Below are positions 25,050 through 36,425 of a DNA stretch of 64,000 nucleotides, piece by piece. Source of the stretch: Somniosus microcephalus. Lineage: Eukaryota. Made by a program: the position numbers and the translations under genes. Within the stretch, counting starts at the first letter, position 1. Every line of letters starts with the position of its first letter. Location: contig CM126226.1 of assembly GCA_052327205.1 (NCBI GenBank), positions 42,346,001 through 42,410,000 on the forward strand, given 5' to 3'. The notes under the pieces are model-generated. The model made no database searches, was not told the DNA's origin, and saw nothing but the letters and a program-made list of their open reading frames with translations.

Positions 25050-26362
25050 TCCATCTCTGGAGATAAGTTATTGACCAATATTCACTACAAGCCCACTGAC
25101 TCCCACAGCTACCTGGACTACACTTCCTCCCACCCCGCCTCCTGTAAGGACTCTATTCCATTCTCCCAGTTTCTCCGTCTCCGCTGCATCTGCTCCGACG
25201 ATGCCACCTTCCACACCAGTGCTTCCGACATGTCTTCCTTTTTCCTCAACCGAGGATTTCCCTCTACCGTGGTTGACACGGCCCTCGACCGTGTCTGTTC
25301 TATCTCCTGCACTTCTGCCCTCACCCCTGCCTCTCCCTCCCGGAACCACGATAGGGTTCCCCTTGTCCTCACCTTTCACCCCACCAGCCTCCACATTCAA
25401 CGGATCATCCTCCGCCATTTCCGCTAGCTCCAAAGTGATCCCACCACCAAACGCATCTTCCCCTCCCCTTTCAGCATTCCGTAGGGACCGCTCCCTCCGA
25501 GACACCCTAGTCCACTCCTCTATCACCCCCAGCACCCCTTCCCCTTCGCCTGGCACCTTTCCGTGCAAGCGCAGGAGATGTAACACCTGCCCCTATACCT
25601 TCCCCCTTCCCACTGTCCAGGGCCCCAAACACCCCTTCCAGGTGAAACAGCGATTTACTTGTACTTCTTGCAATCTAGTATACTGTATTCGCTGCTCACG
25701 ATGCGGTCTCCTCTACATTGGGGAGACCAAACGCAGATTGGGTGACTGCTTTGCGGAACACCTCCGTTCAGTCCGTAAGGGTGACCCCGAGCTTCTGGTC
25801 ACCTGTCATTTTAATTCACTGCTCCATTCCCACTCGGACCTCACCGTCCTTGACCTCTTGCATTGTTCCACGGAAGCTCAACGTAAACTCGAGGAACAGC
25901 ACCTCATCTTCTGATTAGGCAATTTGCAGCCTTCCGGACTCAATATCGAGTTCAACAATTTCAGATCATAACCTCGCCCCTATTACATTTTTACTTATAT
26001 TTTTTATCCACCCCTTTGTTTTGGTTTTTCCCTCCCCCCCTTTCCTTTTTTTCTCTCTCCCACATGGCAGCTGTCTCTCATTCTGCCAGAATATTTCACA
26101 CCTAATCTGAGCCGTCTTTTGTCTCCACTAGTCCTATCACCACCTCGTCTCGTTTTGAATACCTCTTAATGTCTCTCCACTTCTTTTGTTCTCTCCCAGC
26201 CCTGCCTTTCGATCTATTTCATTTCCTTTCCAGTTTTGAAACAGGGTTAGACCCGAAACGTCGACTCTAATTTCTGTCCACGGATGTTGCCTGGCCTGCT
26301 GAGTTTTTCCAGCATTTTCTGTTGTTATTTCGGATTTCCAGCATCTGCAGTATTTTGCTATC
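25050..26362 (+). mobile_element. Penelope-like element, 5'-truncated: RT thumb, GIY-YIG endonuclease and 3' pseudo-LTR
   Basis: YKPTDSHSYLDYTSSHP..KDSIPFSQFLRLR.IC; C..RRCNTC; NLVYCIRCSRCGLLYIGETKRRL..FAEH; QPSGLN; 3' GACCCGAAACGTCGACTC..CCTGCTGAG..CCAGCATTTTCTG; frameshifted; interrupts a family B SINE. Confidence 0.95.
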
Positions 26363-26666
26363 TTACTCAGCTGGGGCGCTGGTTGGGTTCCTTAGCACTG
26401 GCCTCAGTGGTCCTGGGTTGAGGAGACAAATTCAGCCAGAGTTCCTGCTGATGAGCACGGCCTATTGAATCCTGCTGGAAAGTTCATGAGTCTGACCTCA
26501 GATGAAGATGTGATTGTGCTAGGCTGTGATAATTAAATCGTTTGCCAATACTCACTGTCTAATTTTAAAAAATGAATCAAAATATTTGGGGAAAGGAAAC
26601 AAAAGGACACTGAGGTTATTCATAGTTCTTTGTCCTGATCATGAGACTACTTCTGAAAGAGAAAGA

Positions 26667-26704
26667 TAGTTTAACATTTCGGATCTAGATCCTTCATCAG
26701 AACT
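26667..26704 (-). ncRNA. Minimal type I hammerhead ribozyme motif (Penelope-derived)
   Basis: Minus strand: AGUU-CUGAUGA-A-GGAUC(UA)GAUCC-GAAA-UG-UUA-AACU; core intact, helix III CpG apparently mutated; activity untested. Confidence 0.6.
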
Positions 26705-26730
26705 GATGAAAGGTCCCACTTGAAATATTA

Positions 26731-27316
26731 GAAAGAAAGATTTGTATCTATATAGTGCTTTATCACATCTCTCAGAAACATCTCAAATATAACAAATTAC
26801 CTTGGATGATAGTAGCTGTTGTTATGTCAGCAAACATGGCAGCCATTTTGGTGGTGCCAGTTGAAGTTGGAATGGAACATAGGAACAGGAGTAGGCCATT
26901 TAGCCCCTTGAGCCTGTTCTGCCATTCAATGAGATCATAGTTGATCTGTGACCTAACTCCATATACTCACCTTTGCTCCATATCCCTTAATTCCTTTGGT
27001 TAACAAAAATCTATCAATCTCAGATTTAAAATTAACAATTGACCTAGCATCAATTGCCATTTGTGGAAGAGAGTTCCAAACTTCTACCAGTCTTTGTGTG
27101 TAGAATACTGGTCAGGTTACCAGGATTAGTGCCATGGGATCTTCAACATTCACCAGAAGTGGTGGATGATTCAACATCTAAGTCAAAGGATGGAAGCTCC
27201 GAGAACGCTGCATTCCCTCAGTATTACGCTGCATTACGTGCTCTTGCCCTGAGGCAGGGCTGAGCCACAGCCTTCTGAGTCAACAGTGAGAGTACCACCA
27301 ACTAAGCCAAGCTGAC
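26731..27316 (-). mobile_element. Deu-domain SINE interrupted by a CR1 3' end (26876-27105, minus)
   Basis: SINE tail at 26731, head ending GCTGAC at 27316; CR1 tail GGAACATAGGAACAGGAGTAGGCCATTTAGCCCC inside. Confidence 0.7.
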
Positions 27317-28269
27317 AGTCAGCCCGTCTTTCCTTGTTCAGGTTACTGACAGATCTGCTGCATATTTTCAGTTTCTTTTTGGTTCTGTTTTAGATTTTGA
27401 TTCACTCTGCACAGTTCTTTATAGTGCCTGGTCTGCTTGTTCTCCTGCTGAGTAGCTCAGCGTGTGTCAATTGCAGTGAGTGTAGAGGAGCCACAGCCAG
27501 GAGCTGTGAATCAGTTCTGAGCTGTGAGATGATGAGCGATACCCATCCACTTGTGCCAACATCTCATCCCATCATCTCTGCAGGATCTACTCACAAACAC
27601 CTCAGGAAGCTACGGCTCCACAGGGATGGTCATTTCAAAAGGCACATTATGACTAAAGTGTTCAACCTACAGTTGCACATTAAATGTCCACATACAAATC
27701 TTATATAAATCACAGGAAACTGTGACAATATATAGAGAAATAGAGGTGCATGGGCAATACATAATAGAAAACAGTGATATCTAGAGGATATGCAGCAAGG
27801 AATGTTGGGATACAGAGGACACACAATAGGGAATGACAGAATCTAAAGGATACACAGGAGGAGATGGGCAGAATTACAGGTCACATGGCTGCAAGTGGTG
27901 ATATCTAGATGACAAACAATAAAGAATAGTGGGATATAGGGAATGCCCAGTGTGGAATAATGGAATATGGAAGAATCATAATGTGGAACATTGGGATCCA
28001 TTTGGATAGTGGATGCATAGTAGGATTTACAGAATCATTGGGGGGACAATGGGATGTATAGTTTGTTTGATGAGTGATAGATTAGTACCTCAAAATAGGC
28101 CAACGTGTGTTATCCACTGTCTGCTGTGTTTATACCGTATGACGAAGATTAAACCTAGAACTTGGAGGAGAAGAGCATTTAATACGTTATTGTGTGAAGC
28201 TCCTGTTTGTTCAGCATGGTAAGAGTTTTACTAAAGGGAGGGGATTCTAGGCACTGGAACATTTACTTT

Positions 28270-28890
28270 TCTACTTTTTTTATAGATATTGGTGAGTCGG
28301 CTGAGGAGCAACATTTGTAATCCCTGAGGAGGGGGTCAGACCTGCACTGCCCAGCCTTTCTAAGTCAGAACCATGTGGTGGGTGTTTCATCTGAATCAGG
28401 TGCCATTCAGATGTGCTGCCACTACTGCCGCAAAAAGTTCAATGAGCTCACCAGGACAGGGAAGGTAACACACTGGGCACCCACCCTAGGCACGAGCACA
28501 CTCTTCACCCTCTTAAAGCAACACTTGTACAACTAACCCTTCACACTACACTCTGGTTAAGAGCAGTTCTAACTCGGTATCTTGCACTATGGTAACACCA
28601 CTCCCCTAACACCAATAATTGCAATGCACGATCCTAAAATACCTTCCTCCACTTATTAGCCTCATCTCTCACTTCACCTCTCGCATAGATCTTGGCCCAC
28701 ACTCCTCAAATACTGGCCTTACCCTCATTCACTCTATCTTCTTGAAGGACAAATTGGCACACAATGCCCAACAGAGGGGGCAACCCCACTTTTAAAGACC
28801 TCACCCCCTTCGAGGAGAAGGCCATGGAGCTAGTGGGCACTCACTTTGCTCTTGCCGTCAAGAGATGGCAAGGCCAGTGGCATCTTGCCA
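28270..28890 (+). pseudogene. Old Harbinger Myb/SANT-like gene remnant (exons 1-2)
   Basis: CRKKFNELTRTGK|gtaac (donor 28465) and ag|DKLAHNAQ..GGNPTFKDLTPFEEKAMELVG (exon from 28748); homologous to the 34044 and 49296 genes with the same intron position. Confidence 0.75.
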
Positions 28891-30851
28891 ACACAAGGCT
28901 AGTGTCTGAAATCTTCTGGTGGGCTGACCCTCTGAGAGGCATTCAGAATCAATTGCAGGTCTTTGTAGAAAAAAAATAATAAAAGTATAGATTCATAAAG
29001 GGTAGCCAGGCTGCAGAATTCACTGTATGAAGTTTCCAGACCCCTCGAGCTCACAAACTCTTCAGTTTCGCCGTGATCGACTGATCCTGGCAGCGGCTGC
29101 ACCTAATTTATTTCAGTCTAAGTTACCCAAGAAGGGTGCAGAAACTCGGGGAGGGGGAGGGGGGAGGGTTTTAAAGGTGCACAAGCGATGTGAACGGCCT
29201 CCACCCAAATTTCCTCACTAAAAGAAAACATTCTGTGCCGTTCGTGCATGGTAAGTACGCCAAAAATATCAAGGAAATTCACCACCCAGAATCCCAACTC
29301 TCAGAGTGAACTCTGCCCTAATAATGGGAACCTTCACATGTTAAAATAATCATTGGTTTACTTGAAATAATGAAAAGTGATATTAAAAATACACTCTCTG
29401 TGGTGTTGTCCATGATATAGGATTGTGGGTTACAGGTTCCAAAAGCACCTCTGCACATACCTCCGTGCCACAGATACAATGTTCAAACACTGTTTCAACC
29501 TGAAACCGATTAATAGCCAAGAAACCCTACGTAGAAAATGTTAGTTCATTCCATAGCTCTCTTGAATTTTACTGGAATGATGTTTCTCCATACTGTTCAA
29601 AGGAGGTGGTGGGTGGGTGGCGTGGGGGGGCCTGGGGGGGGGTAGGTTGGCGGGGTGGGGGGGGGGGAGAATGACCATCATGGTGACCAGTGTTCTCACT
29701 TCATTACAATGACAGTACTGTTAGCGCTCTGCTTAACCCTTTCAGTACAGTGCAAGGCTGCACTAGACTGAACAACATCTCATCACTTTTGAAGTGGAAA
29801 AAAACCTCACGCAGAAGCTCATCATTTGAACATTTCATACTGTGGTTACCTTGGCAGGGTTCTGAAAGTATTAGGAGACAAAATGGACTGGTGTGTAAAA
29901 GGATACGTGTCTTCCTTCTGCAGTCTAGTCATTGCCTTGGCCAAGTTGGCTCAAATAGAGAAATGTATTAGCCAAAAAGTAATGTTGTTAGCATTTTCCT
30001 CAACTGGCTGGTGGTAATGCCAACAACTGAACAGCACATAGAGGAGGGTTAGATTAATATAGAGAGAGCCCCCAAAAATGCTCGCTAGTGCCAAACCAAA
30101 TGGATCTTTGAGTTCTTGGGAAATGAAATAAGGGGCTCATACAACAGAAAGGATGGAGCAACTCAGAGGCAAAGTTGAGCAACAAATTACCCAATGGTAA
30201 GTGATCTGGAGGTATTAGCCCTCAAGATCTTAGGTTGTCCATTATTGGGGGCTTGCAGTGTTTGGAAGAACACGAGCAATTGGCAACTCAAAGCTCTCCT
30301 TGAAATCCTAGCATGTTTAAAAAAACTTACTGAAATTCCTGAAAGTGACCAGAGGGAAACAGGAGTATTTCCTGTACTGGCCAATTAGAAGATTGACTGA
30401 CTTTTTATTTTTGAAAAATTCCAGTCAAAAAAACATTGTTTTTTGGAGAAAAAAAATCGCTTTTACAGCTAATGTACCACAGTACATGAAATGTGAAATC
30501 AAATACAGCACACTAAATTAATTTTTCAGTCCCAGGAACATTTTTTTCTGGAATGTTTTAAAAATACATGTATATCTTTTTTCCCTTTCTTTTGCTTTTT
30601 CACCCTTTGAAATATCCACTGCTGTCTGTCTACCGCAGCCACACTTTCCTGCTCTAGTTGGGAGGGCGTCTTGTTCTGCCAAGTTTCCTTGCTCTCCCTC
30701 CCCTCCCTTCCCCGCACAGCATCTGTCAGCAAGGCTGAGAATTGGCAAGCCTCGTCCAGTGAACGGAGGCAGGTTTCAGCTCCAGAGGCTGGAGTGGTTT
30801 TAATTTCTAGATATTTCTAGGCTTTCATTATTTCTCTATGGAAGGGTACTA

Positions 30852-31218
30852 TAGACTAGTGGTTATGATACTGGGCTAGCAATCTAAAAGTCATGAGTTC
30901 ACAATCCCACCGTTCCTATTGAATTCAATAACTTGTGGCCCACACCAGAAAAGTGACCATCAAAGCTGCCAAATAGTTGCATAAACTCAACTGGTTCACT
31001 AATGTCCGTCAGCAAAGGGCATTTGCCACCCTGACCCTGCTTGGCCGTCATGTGACTCCTGTCCCACACTATATGGTTAACTCTCCATGCCCTCTAAAGT
31101 GGCCAAACAAGCCACTCAATTGTAAAAACAAGCACTCAAGAAGAAGGTCCACCACCACCTTCTTAGGGCTGTTAAGGATGGGCAACGTCACCCACATCCT
31201 GAGAACAAATTTAAATAA
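30852..31218 (+). mobile_element. tRNA-headed SINE sharing head, body and tail with the 13580-16864 LINE
   Basis: TAGTGGTTATGATACTGGGCTAG..GAGTTCACAATCCCACC..CTGGTTCACTAATGTCC..ATGTGACTCC..GCCCTCTAAAGTGGCC..AAGCCACTCAATTGTA, then AAGAAGAAGGTCCACCACCACCTTCT..GGATGGGCAA..CCCACATCC. Confidence 0.8.
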
Positions 31219-31264
31219 ACATGTTTAACAAGGCTTTGATTTTCTCTTTCCTGGTCAACTTTCA

Positions 31265-31610
31265 CCCCTCTTCTCCTGAGGACCCAGTCTCCTGCCCTCC
31301 CATATCATAGCCATGCGACCATTCCTCGTGTTTGAGTGTGGCCAAGTTTTTTTTCCCATGGTGCGGGGAGGGTGCGGTGGGGGCGAGGCATCACAGCTGA
31401 GCCTGGTCCTGTCCACACCTAAAATCCACACGGAGACACTTTCACCAGTAGTCACTGGATAGGGATCAGAATCAGAAACCCCGGCTGGTTTTCTGCTCCC
31501 TATCCCAGGGATGCTGAAGCCAATTCTAGATTTCCCCACTGTTGCCCTGGCTAATTCAGCGCAGAGCAGTGCTTGAACCTAGGGCTTCCTTGGGCTGTAT
31601 GGCTCAGCTC
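31265..31610 (-). mobile_element. SINE-like family B
   Basis: GTCACTGGATAGGGATCAG..CCCGGCTGGTTTT..GCTAATTCAGCGCAGA..TTGAACC. Confidence 0.6.
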
Positions 31611-31612
31611 TT

Positions 31613-32128
31613 TGCTGGGAATACTCTCCACTTGCCTGGATGAGTGCAACGCCAACAACATTGAAGAAGCTCGACACCATCCGGGACAAAGCAGCCCACT
31701 TGATTGACACCCCATCCACCACCTTAAACATTTGCTCCTTCTACCACCGGCGCACCGTGGCTGCAGTGTGTACCATCTACAAGATGCACTGAAGCAACTC
31801 GCCAAGGCTTCTTCAGCAGTACCTCCCAAACCCACGAGCTCTAACACCTAGAAAGACAAGGGCAGCAGGCGCATGGGAACACCATCACCTGCAAGTTCCC
31901 CTCCAAGTCACACACCATCCTGACTTGGAAATATATCGCTGATCCTTCATTGTCGCTGGGTCGAAATCTTGGAACTCCCTCCCTAACGGCACTATGGGAG
32001 TACCTTTACCACGCGGTCTGCAGCGGTTCAAGAAGGCGGCTCACCACCGCCTTCTCGAGGGCAATTATGGATGGGCAATAAATGCTGGCCTTGCCAGCGA
32101 CACCCACATCCCAGGAACGAATAAAAAA
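31613..32128 (+). mobile_element. 3' fragment of the same LINE family as 13580-16864
   Basis: EYSPLAWMSATPTTLKKLDTIRDKA..LQRFKKAAHHRLLEGN and 3' tail. Confidence 0.9.
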
Positions 32129-33334
32129 TACCCTGCTAAACCTATGGGAGAACAGATTTCCCATTTCTTCAAGAGTAGAACCAATCTCACAATATTCCCC
32201 GTCTCACTGGTACGATTCTCTCTTAACAGCAGATCAATTTACACCAGTCCGCTCCTCTCACTGTTATAAAGGTCTAGTTTTTGGGGTTGCGAATTGTTTG
32301 CAGCTCACGCAGAGTTAATGGACTGAAACCCACCACATTGTTCTTTTCTTGTTGTGAAGCTCTGGCGAGTGACTATTTCCCTCCACTTTTAGTGGTCAGC
32401 GCTACAGACTGTGATTACAGTAATGTGGGACAGATCCCCTCCTCCCCACATCCAAACACATTAAACCCCTCCTTAGTTGCTCAACACTTTAACAGCCCAC
32501 CAGCACTTTGGCGCCAGGAACAAGCTGCCCATCATGAAAGAGAGAGAGCAAGAGAAGGAATCAGAAATGACTATAAGTTGGGAGTTATCATCTTACTCAC
32601 TGATTGACAAAAGCCAAGAAAGAGCAGAAAAAATAAACACGAACAGAGGCTGCAGTGTATGTCCCAGCCGGCTGGGAATTCTAGTATGTAGCCTTGGTAA
32701 TCTCACCTCGCAGTGGTTTATCTCTGCGCCCTGGATCGTTTATCACTATTTCGGCAAAAAGCTTGGCAAAAAAAATATTTTTTTTAAGAAAGAACAAGTC
32801 ATTTTGAAATCATCTGCAAACGAATGTCAGGTTTGCCGGTGCTGCTTTTGGCTGTGATTGTGCCCTGATTCTGAGTTAGCATTATTATTTTTTGAAATAT
32901 TATCCGGTGTGTTCTTACAGGCTTGGCTTGAGAAAGACAAGGAGATACAAAAAAAGAACGGCATCAGGATTTTCTTTGCTGAACAACAAAAGTAATGGAG
33001 CTGGCGTTGAACCTACATTCTGCCATTAGGTGTCACCAGTCTGTTCTGGAAATACAGAGCGAAATAGTATCTTCAGTATGCACTAGAGACACCTATTGGC
33101 AATTTGAGGGTACTGTGCTATTTTAAAAAAACTATTAACCTATGGAAAGTAAGTTTTTACTGAAACATGAAGGGCAGATATTGAGACTTTCCTCACTGGT
33201 GTATATCGCGTTTAGTTATTTTTTAGCAATAAATTTACACACTCGTTTTGAATTCTTTCTTAAGACTGCCACAGTAAAATATCTAGAACTAGGGGGCCTT
33301 ATTAATTTCCATTTTACTAATCTTGGCTACTGCA

Positions 33335-33685
33335 AACAAACACAGGTACGGGAGTCGGCCATTAGGCCCGACGAGCCTGCTCCACCATTTTCCCAGCCAC
33401 AGCACGATCCTCAAGTTCCATGTTTCTCTCCAAATCCCTTAATAGCCATAGCCCCCAAGTAAGTCTTTATCTCCCTTTTAAACACCTCAGTTGACATTAT
33501 ATCTATGGCCTCTGAGACAGCATAGTCCACATTCTCACAACGTTTTGCGTGAAGAAGTTTATTCCTGAACAGCTTTTAATTGTCTAATTTTGAGATTCTG
33601 TCCTCTTCAGCTGGATTCCCCTACTAGAGGGAAAAGCCTTTCCCTGTCAACTTTGTTAATTCCATTATTTTATTTTAAACACTTT
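33335..33685 (-). mobile_element. Old CR1 3' end (host of the Harbinger insertion)
   Basis: GGAGTCGGCCATTAGGCCCGACGAGCCTGCTCCACCATT..CCACATTCTCACAACGTTTTGCGTGAAGAAG. Confidence 0.7.
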
Positions 33686-34043
33686 GGCCTAGAAATTGGG
33701 TATAGCCCCGCTTGAGGCACTAGAACTGGCGGTGCGCAATGTTTATAGCCAGACGAAACTTATCGCTGCCTGGCGAGATATTGGGTTGCATTGTCCCCAA
33801 AGGGGATTGAGGTGCTAATTCAGCCGTTGCACGGTGCTCCTAAGGCGCAAAAGTTCAGGTGCTACTCAATATCGACGCGGACGGGCACAGCGCAGGTGAT
33901 CTCAATTACGGGAAACCATGAGACTTCCAGGCGCCGGCCGGCTCTTAAAGGGGTGGGTCAGTCAGCCTGAGCTGCCACACCCAACGCCCTGTAGGCCTCA
34001 GAATCGGCGCTCGCCCTTCTCTGGCGTTAGAAACTTGTTGAGC

Positions 34044-35884
34044 ATGGAGAAGGTTAGACAGAGAGCAGAGCGCTTCAGCACTGAGGCTCTGGACCAGTTG
34101 GTGGCTGCAGTTGAGCGCCGTCGAGATGTCCTGTATCCGGACAATGGCAAGAGGCCGAATCAGAAGGCTTACCGGCGATCTTGGAGGGAGGTTGCTGTGA
34201 GGGTCAACTCCAGCAGCATGGCGACCAGGACCCCTGTTCAGTGCAGGAAGAAATTCAACGACCTCACACGGATCGTTAGGGTGAGTGATGGCTTAGCAAA
34301 CTTCTGATTCCCTCCATCTGCAGCTGACTTCGGGCACCCTGTTGCCATGATGCCCCAATGGCCATCTGTCAGCAAGCACCCATGGCCCTTTCTGGGCACA
34401 CACATAGACAGATGTCTCAAGGCCTCATATAAGGGCTCTTTCACCATGGGGGGCATGCGATGATGTCTCAAGGCCTCATGTAAGGGCTCTTTCACCATGG
34501 GGGGCATGCGATGATGTCTCAAGGCCTCATGTAAGGGCTCTTTCACCATGGGGGGCATGCGATGATGTCTCAAGGCCTCATGTAACACAACTTCCCCTTC
34601 TTTCCTCTCCAGGCCAAGCTGGCGGCCAGGCGAAGGGACCACTTTCAAACCGGTGGCGGGCCTCCACAAGTGGTCCCTCTCACGGATCTGGAGGAGAGAG
34701 TGCACCAGATTCTTGGAGGACGTCTGCCTGGTCCTGTGACCACTGCATCTGCCGACCCCATTTCCGACAGCGAGGGTAAGACTCTCACCTTTTTCACCTG
34801 TTGCCTTCCACTTGGTCCCCCCGCCAGCATGCTCCCTCAGTGTGCAGCCATGTCAGAGCCTTGCCACAATCTGGCATGCCTTCCCGCAAACCTGTCCTTT
34901 TGCTAAAGCAACTCTTCCACCTCCCTGCTTTCAGATGAATCAGCACCAACTCGGACTCAACGCACTGAAGCTGCCAGTGCCAGTGCCACTGGAGGCGAGG
35001 AGCAGGAGGAATCCGGACCAGCCATTGCAGAATCCGGGGAGCGGACACATCTACAGACTGGGGATAGTAGTCCCCTGGAGGGGAGGGGGGGCGGCTCTGA
35101 GGATGAACCAGTTGCCGGAACAAGCGGCATGCAGCAACGCAAGGGGGATAGGCAAGTTCGGCCACCATCTCCCCGGAGGGCAAGGCAGGTAGTTATGACT
35201 GCTGCTCAGAGTGCAGAGGAGGTGCGTCGCCTGGGTGAAATGAGCAAACAGGCCCAGCTCAGACACACGGAGCTGATGGCTGCAGTGGAGAAGATGCCTC
35301 AGTCAATAGATTCATTAGCTAAGAGTATGTTGGACTTCGGGGCAACAATGGAGATGACTCTCCAGGGCTTTGGGGCAACAATGGACAGGACTCTCCAGGG
35401 CTTCGGGGCAACAATGGACAGGTCTATCCAGGGCTTCGGGGCAACAATGGACAGGTCTATCCAGGGCTTCAGGCCAACAATGGAGAGGACTATCCAGGGC
35501 TTTGGCCCAACAATGGAGAGGACTGTCCAGGGCTTTGAGGCCGCTGTGGAAAGGACTGTTCAGGGCTTCGGACAATCCCTGGAAAGGTCTGTCCAGGGCT
35601 TGTCCGAGGCAGTGGAGCGGTCGGCACCTGCCTTGTCCGAAGCAATGGAAAGAACTGTCCAGGGCTTCTCCGAAGCACTGGCACCTGGCACACAGGTCCT
35701 CACTGTTGCCACGCAGTCACTTGCTGGGCTCGTCCACACCCAGATTGCGGGAAAGATGGGCACAGATTTGGGAGGTGACAACATGTTCAAGGAAAGGGAG
35801 GTTGGAGATGAAAAACTCGTTGAAATCATGACTTTTATTAAAATAGGGCTGAAGACCCATACGACGGCTGGTGCCCCTGGGTAG
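34044..35884 (+). CDS. Harbinger Myb/SANT-like DNA-binding protein (MSANTD/NAIF1-like), 3 exons 34044-34280, 34613-34775, 34935-35884, 449 aa
   Basis: RAERFSTEALDQLVAAVERRRDVLY..WREVAVRVN..RTPVQCRKKFNDL and TGGGPP..LTDLEERV motifs; canonical GT-AG introns (phase 0 and 1); 237+163+950=1350 nt with no internal stop; ATTAAA at 35944. Confidence 0.8.
34411..34585. repeat. 51-bp tandem repeat (~3.4 copies) in intron 1 of the Myb gene
   Basis: Unit GATGTCTCAAGGCCTCATGTAAGGGCTCTTTCACCATGGGGGGCATGCGAT. Confidence 0.95.
35333..35695 (+). repeat. 33-bp coding tandem repeat (~11 copies of GFGATMDRSIQ-like 11-mers)
   Basis: Unit approximately CAGGGCTTCGGGGCAACAATGGACAGGTCTATC, in frame with the Myb gene. 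Confidence 0.95.
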
Positions 35885-36194
35885 TCCTCTGGATGCTCAG
35901 TGCATGTTGACAATGACTGCAGAAGGGGAGGCCATATTTTAAAATTAAAATGTTTCTCCTGGACAGCCCTCTCCTTGTAGTAGGCCCTCCTAGAGTCTGT
36001 GCCCCTGCATTTGCTTGGCCTCCGGTGGCCAGTTCTTCATAGAGGTCATTGTGCCCCAAGGGATTTAACAGTGAAAAAAATGGTGGTGTTTTAAGGGCAG
36101 CTGTTGCCCTTCCATTGCTGAAGTTGCCCAATATTCCAGCCCTTGATCCCCCAGACGCGTGACACGAATACTTAAAGGAACTGACCCCACGTTA

Positions 36195-36425
36195 TCGTGC
36201 AAGGTCAGTTCACTCAGCACCTCAAGAACAGCAGCCTATTCTGCCAGGGCAGCATTGTCCATCCCAGACACACACGCTCAGTTTCTAGCAGGAGCCAGTG
36301 TATAGTGATCAGGAGCAGGAACTGTGGCTGATTTAATCCCTCTCCCCAGTCCAAGTCTGCTGAAGTAGATCGTAGCAGCCCAAGAATTGCCCGTCTCAGA
36401 TCAGCTAACGCAACACAGACCATAA
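36195..36425 (-). mobile_element. SINE-like family B
   Basis: ATAGTGATCAGGAGCAGGAACTGTGGCTGATTT..CTCAGATCAGCTAAC. Confidence 0.55.

Larger units (their letters stand above)
33686..35884 (+). mobile_element. Harbinger transposon derivative with left TIR only, carrying a Myb-like gene
   Basis: Left end GGCCTAGAAATT (as in the MITE at 4701) preceded by AAACAC-TTT; no matching right TIR found; right boundary uncertain. Confidence 0.75.

Noticed and set aside
34238-34705. 155-aa minus-strand ORF with HEALRHHRMPPMVKEPL repeats
   Set aside because: Antisense translation of the 51-bp intronic VNTR
35370-35831. Alternative-frame repeat ORFs (GQQWTGLSRAS; HCCPEALDRPV on minus)
   Set aside because: Shadow frames of the 33-bp repeat; only the GFGATMDR frame connects to the spliced Myb exons
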